Shown here: one piece after another, positions 9,580 to 18,612 of the stretch
Layout of the letters: each line of letters starts with the position of its first letter
Position numbering within the stretch: the stretch's first letter is position 1
Assembly: GCA_024636635.1 (NCBI GenBank)
Contig: JAGXGV010000030.1
Location: 186 to 64,185, forward strand
Length of the DNA stretch: 64,000 nt
Origin: Puniceibacterium sp.
GTDB taxonomy: Bacteria > Pseudomonadota > Alphaproteobacteria > Rhodobacterales > Rhodobacteraceae
Direction: 5' to 3'
Notes under the pieces: model-generated
The model's database searches: none
What the model saw: the letters and a program-made list of their open reading frames with translations, nothing else
What the model was told of the DNA's origin: nothing
Translations under genes and position numbers: made by a program

Positions 9580-10062
9580 ATGCAGAACGACATTCTGGAC
9601 CTTGACCGGTTCGACCGGGCCATTCTGGCCACATTGGCCGAAGATGGCCGCGTGTCGATTACTGAACTGGCGCGGCGGATCGGCCTGTCGAAATCCCCGA
9701 CCCAGGCCCGGCTTCGGCGGCTCGAGGAACTCGGGGCGATCCGCGGATACCGCGCCATCCTTGATCCGATCCGGCTGGGTCTCGATCATGTCGCCTTTGT
9801 CGAGGTGCGGCTGGCCGACACCCGCGAAGAGGCTCTGGCCGCGTTCAACGCCGCCGTGGCGACGATTCCCGAGGTCGAGCAGGTGCATCTGATTGCCGGG
9901 AACTTCGATTACCTGCTCAAGGTGCGCACCTCGGACATGCGCAGCTATCGCCTTGTTCTAGCCGAGAGGATTTCGACCTTGCCGCATATCGCATCGACAT
10001 CGACCTATGTGGCGATGCAGGCCGTCAAGGAGATCGGGCTGGCCAGCGGTGCCTCTGTCTGA
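9580..10062 (+). CDS. putR: Lrp/AsnC regulator, PutR-like
   Basis: HTH plus LDHVAFVEVRLADTREEAL, FDYLLKVRT and ISTLPHIASTSTYVAM, typical of alphaproteobacterial PutR. Confidence 0.75.
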   Translation: MQNDILDLDRFDRAILATLAEDGRVSITELARRIGLSKSPTQARLRRLEELGAIRGYRAILDPIRLGLDHVAFVEVRLADTREEALAAFNAAVATIPEVEQVHLIAGNFDYLLKVRTSDMRSYRLVLAERISTLPHIASTSTYVAMQAVKEIGLASGASV

Positions 10063-10121
10063 GCGCGTACCGTACTACAGATGTGACTTGACCTGAGCTC
10101 CGCCCGCAACAGACTTGTGGC

Positions 10122-10667
10122 ATGAAAAAGATTTTTGCCACCGTTGTCTGCCTGAGCGCCACGCCCCTGCTGGCACAGGGCTGTCCGCCAGCGCCCGATC
10201 ACGCGGCAGAGCTGTCGCAGCTGCTTGCAGAGGTGCGCGAGGCACCAAACGAGATGGCGGCGCGCGAGGTGTCAAACCGGATGTGGGCGCTTTGGGCCGA
10301 TGCGCCGGATGAACCGGCGCAAGCCTTGCTGGACAAGGGCATGCAGGCGCGGTCGGGATACGATTTCCTGCGTGCCATCGAAGCCTTCGATCGCCTCATC
10401 GCCTATTGTCCCGACTATGCCGAGGGGTACAACCAGCGCGCCTTTGTCAATTTCCTGCGCCAGGATCATGCGGCGGCATTGCCCGATCTCGACCGAGCCA
10501 TCGCGCTTTTGCCTGACCATGTGGCGGCGCTTTCGGGAAAGGCGCTGACGCTGATGGGGCTGGGACGCGACGCGGAGGGGCAAGAGGTTCTGCGCCGTGC
10601 GGTGGAACTCAACCCTTGGCTGGCCGAACGTCATCTGCTGAAGCCACCACCGGGCCAGGAACTGTGA
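10122..10667 (+). CDS. Secreted TPR-repeat protein
   Basis: Signal peptide; TPR motifs (PDYAEGYNQRA, LDRAIALLPDH). Confidence 0.85.
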   Translation: MKKIFATVVCLSATPLLAQGCPPAPDHAAELSQLLAEVREAPNEMAAREVSNRMWALWADAPDEPAQALLDKGMQARSGYDFLRAIEAFDRLIAYCPDYAEGYNQRAFVNFLRQDHAAALPDLDRAIALLPDHVAALSGKALTLMGLGRDAEGQEVLRRAVELNPWLAERHLLKPPPGQEL

Positions 10668-10926
10668 CGCTTCAACCTGCGGTTTGAAAAAGTGTCCCGC
10701 GATCTTTTTTGCTATCTACCTGCGGTCGTCTTCCCGCCGGGGCGGGGCGCAGGACGCTGGGATGGCACGATAGACGGACCAGGGTTGAAATCTGCCGTCG
10801 ACAGCGCAAAAGTAACACAATTACATGGCCTTTTGTGCTTTGGGGAGGCAACGGGCACACATGGGCCATCCGATCCTGATTGATTGGCCTGAAATGGGTT
10901 GGTAAAGGGCAGTCTCGGAACCGTCA

Positions 10927-11008
10927 CCCCACGTGGTGAAACCGGTAAACACAGGAGACTTAAAATCTCCCGCCGCAAGGCTTCCCGGTTCAAGTCCGGG
11001 CGTGGGGA
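10927..11008 (+). tRNA. tRNA-Leu (anticodon TAA), CCA not encoded
   Basis: Acceptor CCCCACG/CGTGGGG + A discriminator; D arm GTG..CAC; anticodon arm GGAGA-CTTAAAA-TCTCC (TAA at 10961-10963); long variable arm GCC-GCAA-GGC; T arm CCCGG-TTCAAGT-CCGGG. Confidence 0.93.
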
Positions 11009-11143
11009 CGGTTCGAATGCAGGCCGGCTCTCTGCCAAAGCTTTGATGATTTCCTTGCTCGCGCCATGACCAGATGCTTGTCGATCAATTTGATGGGTGC
11101 TGTTTCGCAAGTCCGTCAGCCAAACGTGAAGAAGCGAACGTTC

Positions 11144-11199
11144 TTTGCGAATTTGCATTTTCCTCCTGCGCGCCCATGCTAACTTTGCAAATTTGCCAA
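11144..11199 (+). promoter_or_regulatory. Repeated TTTGC(A/G)AA-TTTGC operator upstream of pccB (ScfR/PccR-type)
   Basis: TTTGCGAATTTGCA at 11144 and TTTGCAAATTTGCC at 11184, exactly 40 bp apart. Confidence 0.6.
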
Positions 11200-11256
11200 A
11201 AGACTCTTGAGACGGCGCACAGGCTCTGTATTTTCCGCATAAACGAGGGGATCTCC

Positions 11257-12789
11257 ATGAAAGACATTCTTCAGGTACTCGAGGGACGCCGCGCCGAAGC
11301 CCGTCTGGGTGGAGGGCAGTCGCGCATCGACGCGCAACACGCCAAGGGCAAGCTGACGGCGCGAGAGAGGATCGAATTGCTGCTCGACGAGGACAGCTTT
11401 GAAGAATTCGACATGTTCGTTACGCATCGCTGCACGGATTTCGGCATGGAGAACAACAAGGTCTATGGTGATGGCGTCGTGACCGGTTGGGGCACGATCA
11501 ACGGTCGCATGGTCTATGTGTTCAGCCAGGATTTCACCGTGCTGGGCGGATCGCTGTCGGAAACCCATGCCCAGAAAATCTGCAAGATCATGGACATGGC
11601 GATGCAGAACGGCGCGCCGGTGATCGGCATCAACGATTCGGGTGGTGCGCGCATCCAGGAAGGTGTGGCAAGCCTTGCCGGATATGCCGAGGTGTTCCAG
11701 CGCAACGTGATGGCCAGCGGCGTGGTGCCGCAGATTTCGCTGATCATGGGGCCTTGCGCCGGGGGCGCAGTCTATTCGCCCGCCATGACCGATTTCATCT
11801 TCATGGTGCAGGATTCTTCTTACATGTTCGTGACCGGCCCGGATGTGGTCAAGACGGTGACGAACGAGGTGGTGACAGCCGAGGAACTGGGGGGGGCCTC
11901 GACACACACCCGCAAATCCTCGGTTGCCGATGGCGCCTTCGAGAATGATGTCGAGGCTCTGGCCGAAGTGCGGCGTCTGGTGGATTTCCTGCCGCTGTCC
12001 AACCGCGAAAAGCCGCCCGTGCGCCCCTTCTTCGACGAACCGGGGCGGGTCGAACGCAGCCTCGATACGCTGATCCCCGAGAATGCCAACACGCCCTACG
12101 ACATGAAAGAGTTGATCCACAAGATCGCGGACGAGGCGGATTTCTACGAGATCCAGGAGAATTTTGCCCGCAATATCATCACCGGCTTCATGCGCCTCGA
12201 AGGGCAGTCGGTGGGCGTGGTGGCGAACCAGCCGATGGTGCTGGCCGGGTGTCTGGACATCGACAGTTCGCGCAAGGCCGCGCGCTTTGTGCGTTTCTGC
12301 GATGCCTTCGAGATCCCGATCCTGACGCTGGTGGATGTGCCGGGATTCCTGCCCGGCACGGGTCAGGAACTGGGCGGCGTCATCAAGCATGGCGCCAAGC
12401 TGCTGTTCGCCTATGGCGAGGCGACGGTGCCCAAGGTCACGGTGATCACCCGCAAGGCCTATGGCGGTGCATATGACGTGATGTCCTCGAAACACCTGCG
12501 CGGAGATTTCAACTATGCCTGGCCCACTGCCGAGATCGCGGTGATGGGTGCGAAGGGCGCGACCGAAATCATCCACCGCGCCGACCTGAAAGATCCCGAA
12601 AAGATCGCCGCCCATGCAAAAAGCTATGAGGACCGGTTCGCCAATCCCTTTGTGGCCGCGGAACGCGGGTTCATAGACGAGGTGATCCAGCCGCGCAGCA
12701 CCCGCAAGCGGGTCAGCCGGGCCTTTGCCGCGCTGCGTGGCAAGAAGCTGACGAACCCTTGGAAAAAGCACGATAACATTCCGCTCTGA
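11257..12789 (+). CDS. pccB: Propionyl-CoA carboxylase beta subunit
   Basis: [31 protein letters not shown], terminal KKHDNIPL. Start refined to 11257. Confidence 0.96.
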   Translation: MKDILQVLEGRRAEARLGGGQSRIDAQHAKGKLTARERIELLLDEDSFEEFDMFVTHRCTDFGMENNKVYGDGVVTGWGTINGRMVYVFSQDFTVLGGSLSETHAQKICKIMDMAMQNGAPVIGINDSGGARIQEGVASLAGYAEVFQRNVMASGVVPQISLIMGPCAGGAVYSPAMTDFIFMVQDSSYMFVTGPDVVKTVTNEVVTAEELGGASTHTRKSSVADGAFENDVEALAEVRRLVDFLPLSNREKPPVRPFFDEPGRVERSLDTLIPENANTPYDMKELIHKIADEADFYEIQENFARNIITGFMRLEGQSVGVVANQPMVLAGCLDIDSSRKAARFVRFCDAFEIPILTLVDVPGFLPGTGQELGGVIKHGAKLLFAYGEATVPKVTVITRKAYGGAYDVMSSKHLRGDFNYAWPTAEIAVMGAKGATEIIHRADLKDPEKIAAHAKSYEDRFANPFVAAERGFIDEVIQPRSTRKRVSRAFAALRGKKLTNPWKKHDNIPL

Positions 12790-12843
12790 GCGGTCCGGGT
12801 GCGCCCGTTCGCGCGCAGGCCCCGCCAGATCCAGGAGGCATAA

Positions 12844-13305
12844 GTGTCAGACATGACGAAACATCAGGAGCTTTCGCAGACTGTCGGCGACAGCCCGGTC
12901 AAAGACCTGTCCCGAGAGAGCGCGCAGCGGCCTGTCCCTTTGGCCGTCCGCCGTCGCGGCGGCTGGATCATCGCGCAGGAAGCAGGGCGCTACACGCTGG
13001 CCCGCCACTGGCCCGCGCAGTTCGATCTGAGCGTTTCAACCCACCTGCCGATCGGTCTGCGCCCGGGGCGTCTGGCTCGGCAGATCCGTCAGGATTTGTG
13101 GCGCGAACTGCGGAACCTGCGCGGGTTTTCACCTGTGGTCGAAATCGTCACCAACGCCGATGGCATGTTGGTGCGCGCCGGGGGACGCCTGCTGGCGGGG
13201 CCCGGCCCGGTTGGCACGCGCGAACGGCTGGAGGCGTTGATAAGCGAACCGGCGCGTCGCGAAAGATGGTGCCACTGGGCGCGGGCCGGAGGGCAGGTCA
13301 AATGA
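12844..13305 (+). CDS. Hypothetical protein in the pcc cluster
   Basis: RBS GGAGG; RLARQIRQDLWRELRNLRGFSPVV; stop overlaps next start. Confidence 0.75.
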   Translation: MSDMTKHQELSQTVGDSPVKDLSRESAQRPVPLAVRRRGGWIIAQEAGRYTLARHWPAQFDLSVSTHLPIGLRPGRLARQIRQDLWRELRNLRGFSPVVEIVTNADGMLVRAGGRLLAGPGPVGTRERLEALISEPARRERWCHWARAGGQVK

Positions 13306-13778
13306 AACCGGATATGCTTTCACGCAATTCCGTTGCGGAGCCGACCCGGGACCGGACCGCCCCGGCGGGAAGAGCGCCTGTGCGGCGCCAAAGCTGGCTT
13401 TTTATCCTGCTGGCCACTGTGGCGGGAAGTCTCCAAGCCGCTACAGCGGGAGAGGCGATTCACTTGCCGTCCGGGGAAACGGCACTTTTGCAGGAGGTTA
13501 TCGAGGAAACTTCAGGCGAGGACAGGGTGGCCCGGTTCCGGTTTATTGCGCCATGGGTCGCCGGAACGGTCGATTATGCTGTGGTCGCCGTCGATATGGA
13601 ATCGCTTTGCCAGACCTACGCCTTGTCCCGCATGGCAGATCTTGAGTCGCCCCCGACGCGGATCATCGTCTCTCTGGCGCAGAATGAGACCGAATTCGCC
13701 GTCGCGAACCCTGAAATCACGCAATTTTTTGAATCCTACACCCTTTCCGAAGGTCTCTGCATCTGGGAGCCGTTTTGA
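13302..13778 (+). CDS. DUF6497-like exported protein
   Basis: PSG...ARFRFIAP...DMESLC...PEITQFFESY...CIWEPF. ATG 13302 overlaps the upstream stop. Confidence 0.75.
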   Translation: MKPDMLSRNSVAEPTRDRTAPAGRAPVRRQSWLFILLATVAGSLQAATAGEAIHLPSGETALLQEVIEETSGEDRVARFRFIAPWVAGTVDYAVVAVDMESLCQTYALSRMADLESPPTRIIVSLAQNETEFAVANPEITQFFESYTLSEGLCIWEPF

Positions 13779-13898
13779 TGGCTGCACAATATCTAGAGCG
13801 CGTCGGCGCCTTCCTGCCATGTAATGAGGCTTTCGAGTCACAGGTGGCCGACCTTCTGGCCACCACGTATCTTTTCCAAATCTTTTCCGATATTCTGT

Positions 13899-13924
13899 GG
13901 AACGGTTGCACCCAAGTGACCGTT
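13899..13924 (+). promoter_or_regulatory. EcfG-type promoter
   Basis: Exact GGAAC-N17-CGTT about 70 bp before the small lipoprotein ATG. Confidence 0.65.
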
Positions 13925-13992
13925 ACCTCGAGACGAGGACAGGCAGGGCCGTATGGTCGGGTCGGTTCCGTTGAATCTGACAGGAGTATGAA

Positions 13993-14136
13993 ATGTCGAA
14001 AAGCATCAAGCTGCTTGCAATGTTCGGTTTCGTCGCCACGCTTTCCGCGTGCGGCCAGCAACAGCAGGAAGAGTACGTCGTCGTTGATCCCGAGCCGATC
14101 ACCGTCGAGCCCGAATATACCGGTAAGTACAAGTAA
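13993..14136 (+). CDS. Small lipoprotein (47 aa), absent from the ORF track
   Basis: MSKSIKLLAMFGFVATLSA-CGQQQQEEYVVVDPEPITVEPEYTGKYK; RBS AGGAG; lipobox LSAC; followed by a hairpin. Confidence 0.88.
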   Translation: MSKSIKLLAMFGFVATLSACGQQQQEEYVVVDPEPITVEPEYTGKYK

Positions 14137-14144
14137 GACGACCA

Positions 14145-14177
14145 CGGGACGGGCCCAACGGCCCGTCCCGCTTCTTG
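14145..14177 (+). terminator. Terminator-like hairpin
   Basis: CGGGACGGGCC-CAAC-GGCCCGTCCCG followed by CTTCTT. Confidence 0.6.
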
Positions 14178-14223
14178 CCGCCGGTTCCGGCCATAGGGTC
14201 CCTCAACCAGTAAAGGGCCCGAC

Positions 14224-14583
14224 ATGCTGAAGCACCGCGGCTTTCCCGGGCGTTTGCCCGGAACAGATTTCCAGTTCGTTGTCCGTCGCGCAAATCCGAA
14301 GGGCGCCACTCCGCTGACCCGGCGGGAACGCTACGCTGATCGCCGTGCGCCCGACAGGCGCGCCGATCTGTGGTTTATGGCGGCGCTCTGGGCGCATTTC
14401 GGGGATGCACCTTTCGAACGCGGCAATCTGGATGCGGGGCGGCTAAGCTGGCTGTTCGGGCGCGAGGTGCTTCCCGGAGAAGACCCCTTTGATCCCGAAA
14501 GCTATGCGGCCCTGCTAAGAATCGACGAACGCGCGGCGCGCCTCTCGTTCCCCGAAGCCTTCGATAAGGGATTTTGGGCGTGA
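14224..14583 (+). CDS. Hypothetical protein
   Basis: RBS AAAGGG; globular-looking sequence (FERGNLDAGRLSWLFGREV). Confidence 0.75.
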   Translation: MLKHRGFPGRLPGTDFQFVVRRANPKGATPLTRRERYADRRAPDRRADLWFMAALWAHFGDAPFERGNLDAGRLSWLFGREVLPGEDPFDPESYAALLRIDERAARLSFPEAFDKGFWA

Positions 14584-14644
14584 TCCCGCCCGTCAGATGG
14601 TTTTTTGGGCGGGAAAAAGCCAATGCAATCTATACGTGTATTGA

Positions 14645-14788
14645 GTGCTTGGAAAACTCTTCACTCTCTGTCAGGGTGATCTCACACGATCCGCGCAGGT
14701 TTACCGACGATTGCCTGCCGGATCGCCGTTACCCTTCCCCTCGCGGGCGGTCTGGTGCATTGAGTTGCCAGCCGCCCGACTTTTTTAT
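14645..14788 (+). ncRNA. Candidate small RNA
   Basis: Intergenic segment with no convincing ORF, CCCTTCCCCTC motif, then a GC hairpin (14745-14777) and T6 tract. 5' end is a guess. Confidence 0.4.
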
Positions 14789-14935
14789 TGGCGACAGCGC
14801 AACCTGCAGCGCGAAACCGCGCGGCCGGCGAGGGTTTGCTGACTTTCGGGAAGTTTTCAGAATCCACTGGAACAAGTCGGCAAAACCGAGAGTTATGTCG
14901 TTATCGACAGGCAGCACTCATAAGGAGACTATTCG

Positions 14936-15142
14936 ATGCGGAAATTTGCAACTCTCACAGCCATTATTGCTCTCACCGGCCTTGCGGCCTGCGAAGGCAG
15001 CGACCTTGAACGCGGCGCCCTGGGCGGCGTTGGCGGCTACGCAGCTGACCGCGCCATGGGCGGCGACGGCACGATCGGTGCGGCGGCGGGTATCGCAGCT
15101 GGCGTCACCTGTGACGATCTCACACCCGGGGTCTGCCGCTGA
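14936..15142 (+). CDS. Small glycine-zipper lipoprotein
   Basis: Lipobox LAAC, GALGGVGG...GAAAGIAAG; RBS TAAGGAG; upstream GGAAC-N17-AGTT at 14869-14894. Confidence 0.88.
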   Translation: MRKFATLTAIIALTGLAACEGSDLERGALGGVGGYAADRAMGGDGTIGAAAGIAAGVTCDDLTPGVCR

Positions 15143-15191
15143 TCTGACAGATCGGGCCGCTTGCGGTCCGAACGGAACAGATAATGCCACG

Positions 15192-15230
15192 AAAAAAGCC
15201 ATCGAAGCCTCGCGCTTCGGTGGCTTTTTG
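15192..15230 (+). terminator. Bidirectional-type terminator
   Basis: AAAAAAGCCATCGAAGC-CTCGC-GCTTCGGTGGCTTTTT. Confidence 0.8.
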
Positions 15231-15286
15231 CATTGCACCGCTGCGGGCCGGCCGCGTTGCCCCACCAAGCCTTGAAAGGGACGGAC

Positions 15287-17287
15287 ATGTTCAAGAAGAT
15301 CCTGATCGCCAACCGGGGCGAGATTGCCTGCCGGGTCATCAAGACGGCGCGCAAGATGGGCATCGCAACGGTCGCGATCTATTCCGACGCCGACCGCAAC
15401 GCCCTGCATGTCGAAATGGCCGACGAGGCTGTGCATATCGGCCCGTCGCCCGCCAACCAGTCCTACATCGTCATCGACAAGGTGATGGCGGCGATCGAGG
15501 AAACGGGCGCCGAGGCCGTGCACCCCGGCTATGGTTTCCTGTCCGAGAATCCGAAATTTGCCCAGGCGCTCGAGGCGGCGGGCGTGGCTTTCATTGGTCC
15601 GCCGGTCAAGGCGATTGAAGCGATGGGCGACAAGATCACCAGCAAGAAGCTGGCACAGGAGGCCGGGGTCAGCACAGTGCCCGGCTACATGGGCCTGATC
15701 GCGGACGGTGACGAGGCGGTAAAGATCTCGGGGCAGGTCGGGTATCCGGTGATGATCAAGGCCAGCGCCGGGGGCGGGGGCAAGGGCATGCGCATCGCCT
15801 GGAAAGAGGACGAGGTGCGAGACGGCTTCCAGTCCTCAAAAAACGAGGCAGCCAGCAGTTTTGGTGACGACCGGATCTTTATCGAAAAGTTTGTCACGCA
15901 ACCCCGCCACATCGAAATCCAGGTGCTGGCCGATGCCCATGGCAACTGCATCTATTTAGGCGAGCGGGAATGTTCCATCCAGCGCCGCAACCAGAAGGTC
16001 ATCGAAGAAGCGCCAAGCCCGTTCCTTGATCCCGAAACCCGCAAGGCCATGGGCGAACAGGCCTGCGCTCTTGCGCAGGCGGTGGGCTATACCAGCGCGG
16101 GCACAGTGGAATTCATCGTCGATGGCGCGCGGAATTTCTATTTCCTCGAAATGAACACCCGGCTTCAGGTGGAACATCCCGTTACAGAGCTGATCACCGG
16201 CATCGACCTTGTGGAACAGATGATCCGCGTCGCCAACGGCGAGCCGCTGTCGATGACGCAGGACGATGTGAAGCTGAACGGATGGGCGATGGAAAGTCGG
16301 CTTTATGCCGAAGATCCCTATCGCGGATTCTTGCCCTCCATCGGTCGTCTGACCCGCTACCGCCCGCCCGCCGAACTGGCAGTCGAAGGCGCGACGGTGC
16401 GAAACGACACCGGAGTCTTTGAGGGCGGCGAGATCAGCATGTATTACGACCCGATGATTGCCAAGCTGTGCACCTGGGCGCCCGACCGCGCGCGGGCCAT
16501 CGAGGCGATGCGCAATGCGCTGGATGCGTTCGAGGTCGAAGGGATCGGTCACAACCTGCCGTTCCTGTCCGCGGTGATGGACCATCCCAAATTCGTCAGC
16601 GGTGAGATCACCACCGCCTTCATTGCCGAGGAATACCCCGAGGGTTTCAATGGCGTCGACCTGTCCCAGGAGAACCTGCGCCGGATCGCTGCCGCTTGTG
16701 TCGCGATGAACCGCGTGGCTGAAATCCGCCGCGCCCGGGTGTCCGGCACGCTCGACAACCACGAACGCAAGGTGGGTGACAACTGGAACGCGACGCTTCA
16801 GGGGCAAAGCCATGACGTGACTATTGCCGCCGATCCCAAGGGGGCCAGCGTCACTTTCGAGGATGGCAAGACCCTGCGCGTGTCAGGCAACTGGACGCCG
16901 GGCGATCAGCTTGCGACGATGGATGTGGACGGCACGCCGCTGGTGCTCAAGGTCGGCAAGATTTCGGGCGGGTTCCGGATAAGGTCGCGCGGCGCGGATC
17001 TCAAGGTGCATGTGCGCAGCCCGCGTCAGGCGGAACTGGCGCGGCTGATGCCGGAAAAGGTGCCTGCGGATACGTCAAAGCTGTTGCTCTGCCCGATGCC
17101 CGGGCTGATCGTGAAGGTCAGTGTCGATGTCGGGGACGAGGTGCAGGAAGGTCAGGCGCTCTGCACGGTCGAGGCGATGAAGATGGAAAACATCCTGCGC
17201 GCCGAACGCAAGGGCAAGGTGTCAAAGGTCAACGCCGCCGCAGGCGACAGCCTTGCCGTGGATGACGTGATCATGGAGTTCGAATAA
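15287..17287 (+). CDS. pccA: Propionyl-CoA carboxylase alpha subunit (biotin carboxylase + carrier)
   Basis: ANRGEIA, HPGYGFLSE, RECSIQRRNQK, EAMKM biotinyl motif. Confidence 0.96.
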   Translation: MFKKILIANRGEIACRVIKTARKMGIATVAIYSDADRNALHVEMADEAVHIGPSPANQSYIVIDKVMAAIEETGAEAVHPGYGFLSENPKFAQALEAAGVAFIGPPVKAIEAMGDKITSKKLAQEAGVSTVPGYMGLIADGDEAVKISGQVGYPVMIKASAGGGGKGMRIAWKEDEVRDGFQSSKNEAASSFGDDRIFIEKFVTQPRHIEIQVLADAHGNCIYLGERECSIQRRNQKVIEEAPSPFLDPETRKAMGEQACALAQAVGYTSAGTVEFIVDGARNFYFLEMNTRLQVEHPVTELITGIDLVEQMIRVANGEPLSMTQDDVKLNGWAMESRLYAEDPYRGFLPSIGRLTRYRPPAELAVEGATVRNDTGVFEGGEISMYYDPMIAKLCTWAPDRARAIEAMRNALDAFEVEGIGHNLPFLSAVMDHPKFVSGEITTAFIAEEYPEGFNGVDLSQENLRRIAAACVAMNRVAEIRRARVSGTLDNHERKVGDNWNATLQGQSHDVTIAADPKGASVTFEDGKTLRVSGNWTPGDQLATMDVDGTPLVLKVGKISGGFRIRSRGADLKVHVRSPRQAELARLMPEKVPADTSKLLLCPMPGLIVKVSVDVGDEVQEGQALCTVEAMKMENILRAERKGKVSKVNAAAGDSLAVDDVIMEFE

Positions 17288-17291
17288 CGCC

Positions 17292-18074
17292 ATGACCCGC
17301 GGTTCGCCCCTCGACAGCTCTCTGGCGCGCTTTCAGGGCGGCGTCCAGGAGCTGTTCCGGGGCGAAGAGGCGCGGGTGGCGCGCGCCGTGATCGTTCAGT
17401 TCTTCGTCACCATCGCGCTGCCGGTTCTGGTACTTCTGGGCTTGCCCACTGTGTTGCTGTTTGCGGTGATGGGCGCGGATCCGCGTCTGTGGCAGGCCCT
17501 GATTGCCGGGCTGGTGATCGCGACCGGCTGGCTGACCACCGCGATCTTTGCCGAAACGGGCAAGCGGCGCACCAAGGCCGAGCGTTTGCGCGATTACCAC
17601 AAGGCGCTTTATGCCGAGATCGGCAATGCGCTGCGGGCGCTCTGGGACGAGGGGCAGTCGGAGGACCATGTGGCCGGGATCATCGCCCGCATGAAGTCCG
17701 ACGAAGGCTTTGTGCCCTTCATTCCGCAGGAACAGCACGACCGCGTCTACCTTGCCATTCTGGATGAAATCGAAGTGTTGCCGCGGCAGACCATTGACGC
17801 CATCGTTGCCTATTACAGCCAGATGGCGGCCCTCGGTCACATGGTCGAGGACATGCGCGGAGAGGTATTCCGCGCGTCGTTGTCGCAGGACCGCCGTATC
17901 GCGATGTACGAGGATTACTCTTCGATGCGAAGGCAGGCGTTTATCCTTGGCCAGTATGCGCTGGAGCTTATCCGCGCTTACGCCAGCGGCGGCGCCGGGG
18001 CGGCGGATGAAATCATTGCCCGGGTCAGTAGCCCGGACGCGGCCCGGTACGGCCGGACAGCGGGATCGGAGTGA
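17292..18074 (+). CDS. Hypothetical membrane protein (2 N-terminal TM segments)
   Basis: Long ORF immediately after pccA with hydrophobic segments. Confidence 0.75.
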   Translation: MTRGSPLDSSLARFQGGVQELFRGEEARVARAVIVQFFVTIALPVLVLLGLPTVLLFAVMGADPRLWQALIAGLVIATGWLTTAIFAETGKRRTKAERLRDYHKALYAEIGNALRALWDEGQSEDHVAGIIARMKSDEGFVPFIPQEQHDRVYLAILDEIEVLPRQTIDAIVAYYSQMAALGHMVEDMRGEVFRASLSQDRRIAMYEDYSSMRRQAFILGQYALELIRAYASGGAGAADEIIARVSSPDAARYGRTAGSE

Positions 18075-18150
18075 ACGGTATGTTGGGATCTTTGTCCATC
18101 GTGACCTCCTGTAACAGATTGCGCTTCAAATCAAATATAGGCGACGTGGC

Positions 18151-18612
18151 CTATTCGCGCAAGCTGTCGCGCTCGTCCCGGATCTCTTGCTGGCGCAGGG
18201 GCAGCTTGTTGACCGAGCGTGTCAGATCGCGCACGTCAAGCGGCGTCGGCTTGCGCTGGACGATGGCACCTTCTTTCGAAATCAGGACAACCATGAAATC
18301 GCGCGCGCGCAACTCTGTGCGGATTGCCGATCGGGAAGCCGGATCAATGTCAACGATCACCACCACGTCAAGGTCAGCCAGCGCGTCGAGCCTGTTGTTG
18401 ATCAGGTCCATCTGCTGGACGAACCGTGGATCGGACGCGCTGTCGGCAAAGACCACGAAAGGACGCTTAGTCCAGCGGAATTCGCTCAGTTCACGCCCCT
18501 CTGCCGGGATGATCATCTCGTCGGGATCGGGGGTAGAGGCGGCGCCCGGCGCAAGGCCCGGCTGGAGGACGACTAAAAGCGCTGCAAGAGCAATGGCGAA
18601 ACCTGTTTTCAT
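18151..18612 (-). CDS. DUF4174 domain protein
   Basis: Signal peptide; FRWTKRPFVVFADS..DPRF..Q, FMVVLISKEG, PLRQQE. Confidence 0.85.
   Translation of the reverse strand: MKTGFAIALAALLVVLQPGLAPGAASTPDPDEMIIPAEGRELSEFRWTKRPFVVFADSASDPRFVQQMDLINNRLDALADLDVVVIVDIDPASRSAIRTELRARDFMVVLISKEGAIVQRKPTPLDVRDLTRSVNKLPLRQQEIRDERDSLRE

Noticed and set aside
10667-11100. Prophage or genomic island at tRNA-Leu
   Set aside because: No integrase, and I saw no duplicated tRNA 3' end elsewhere in the window; flanks are core genes.
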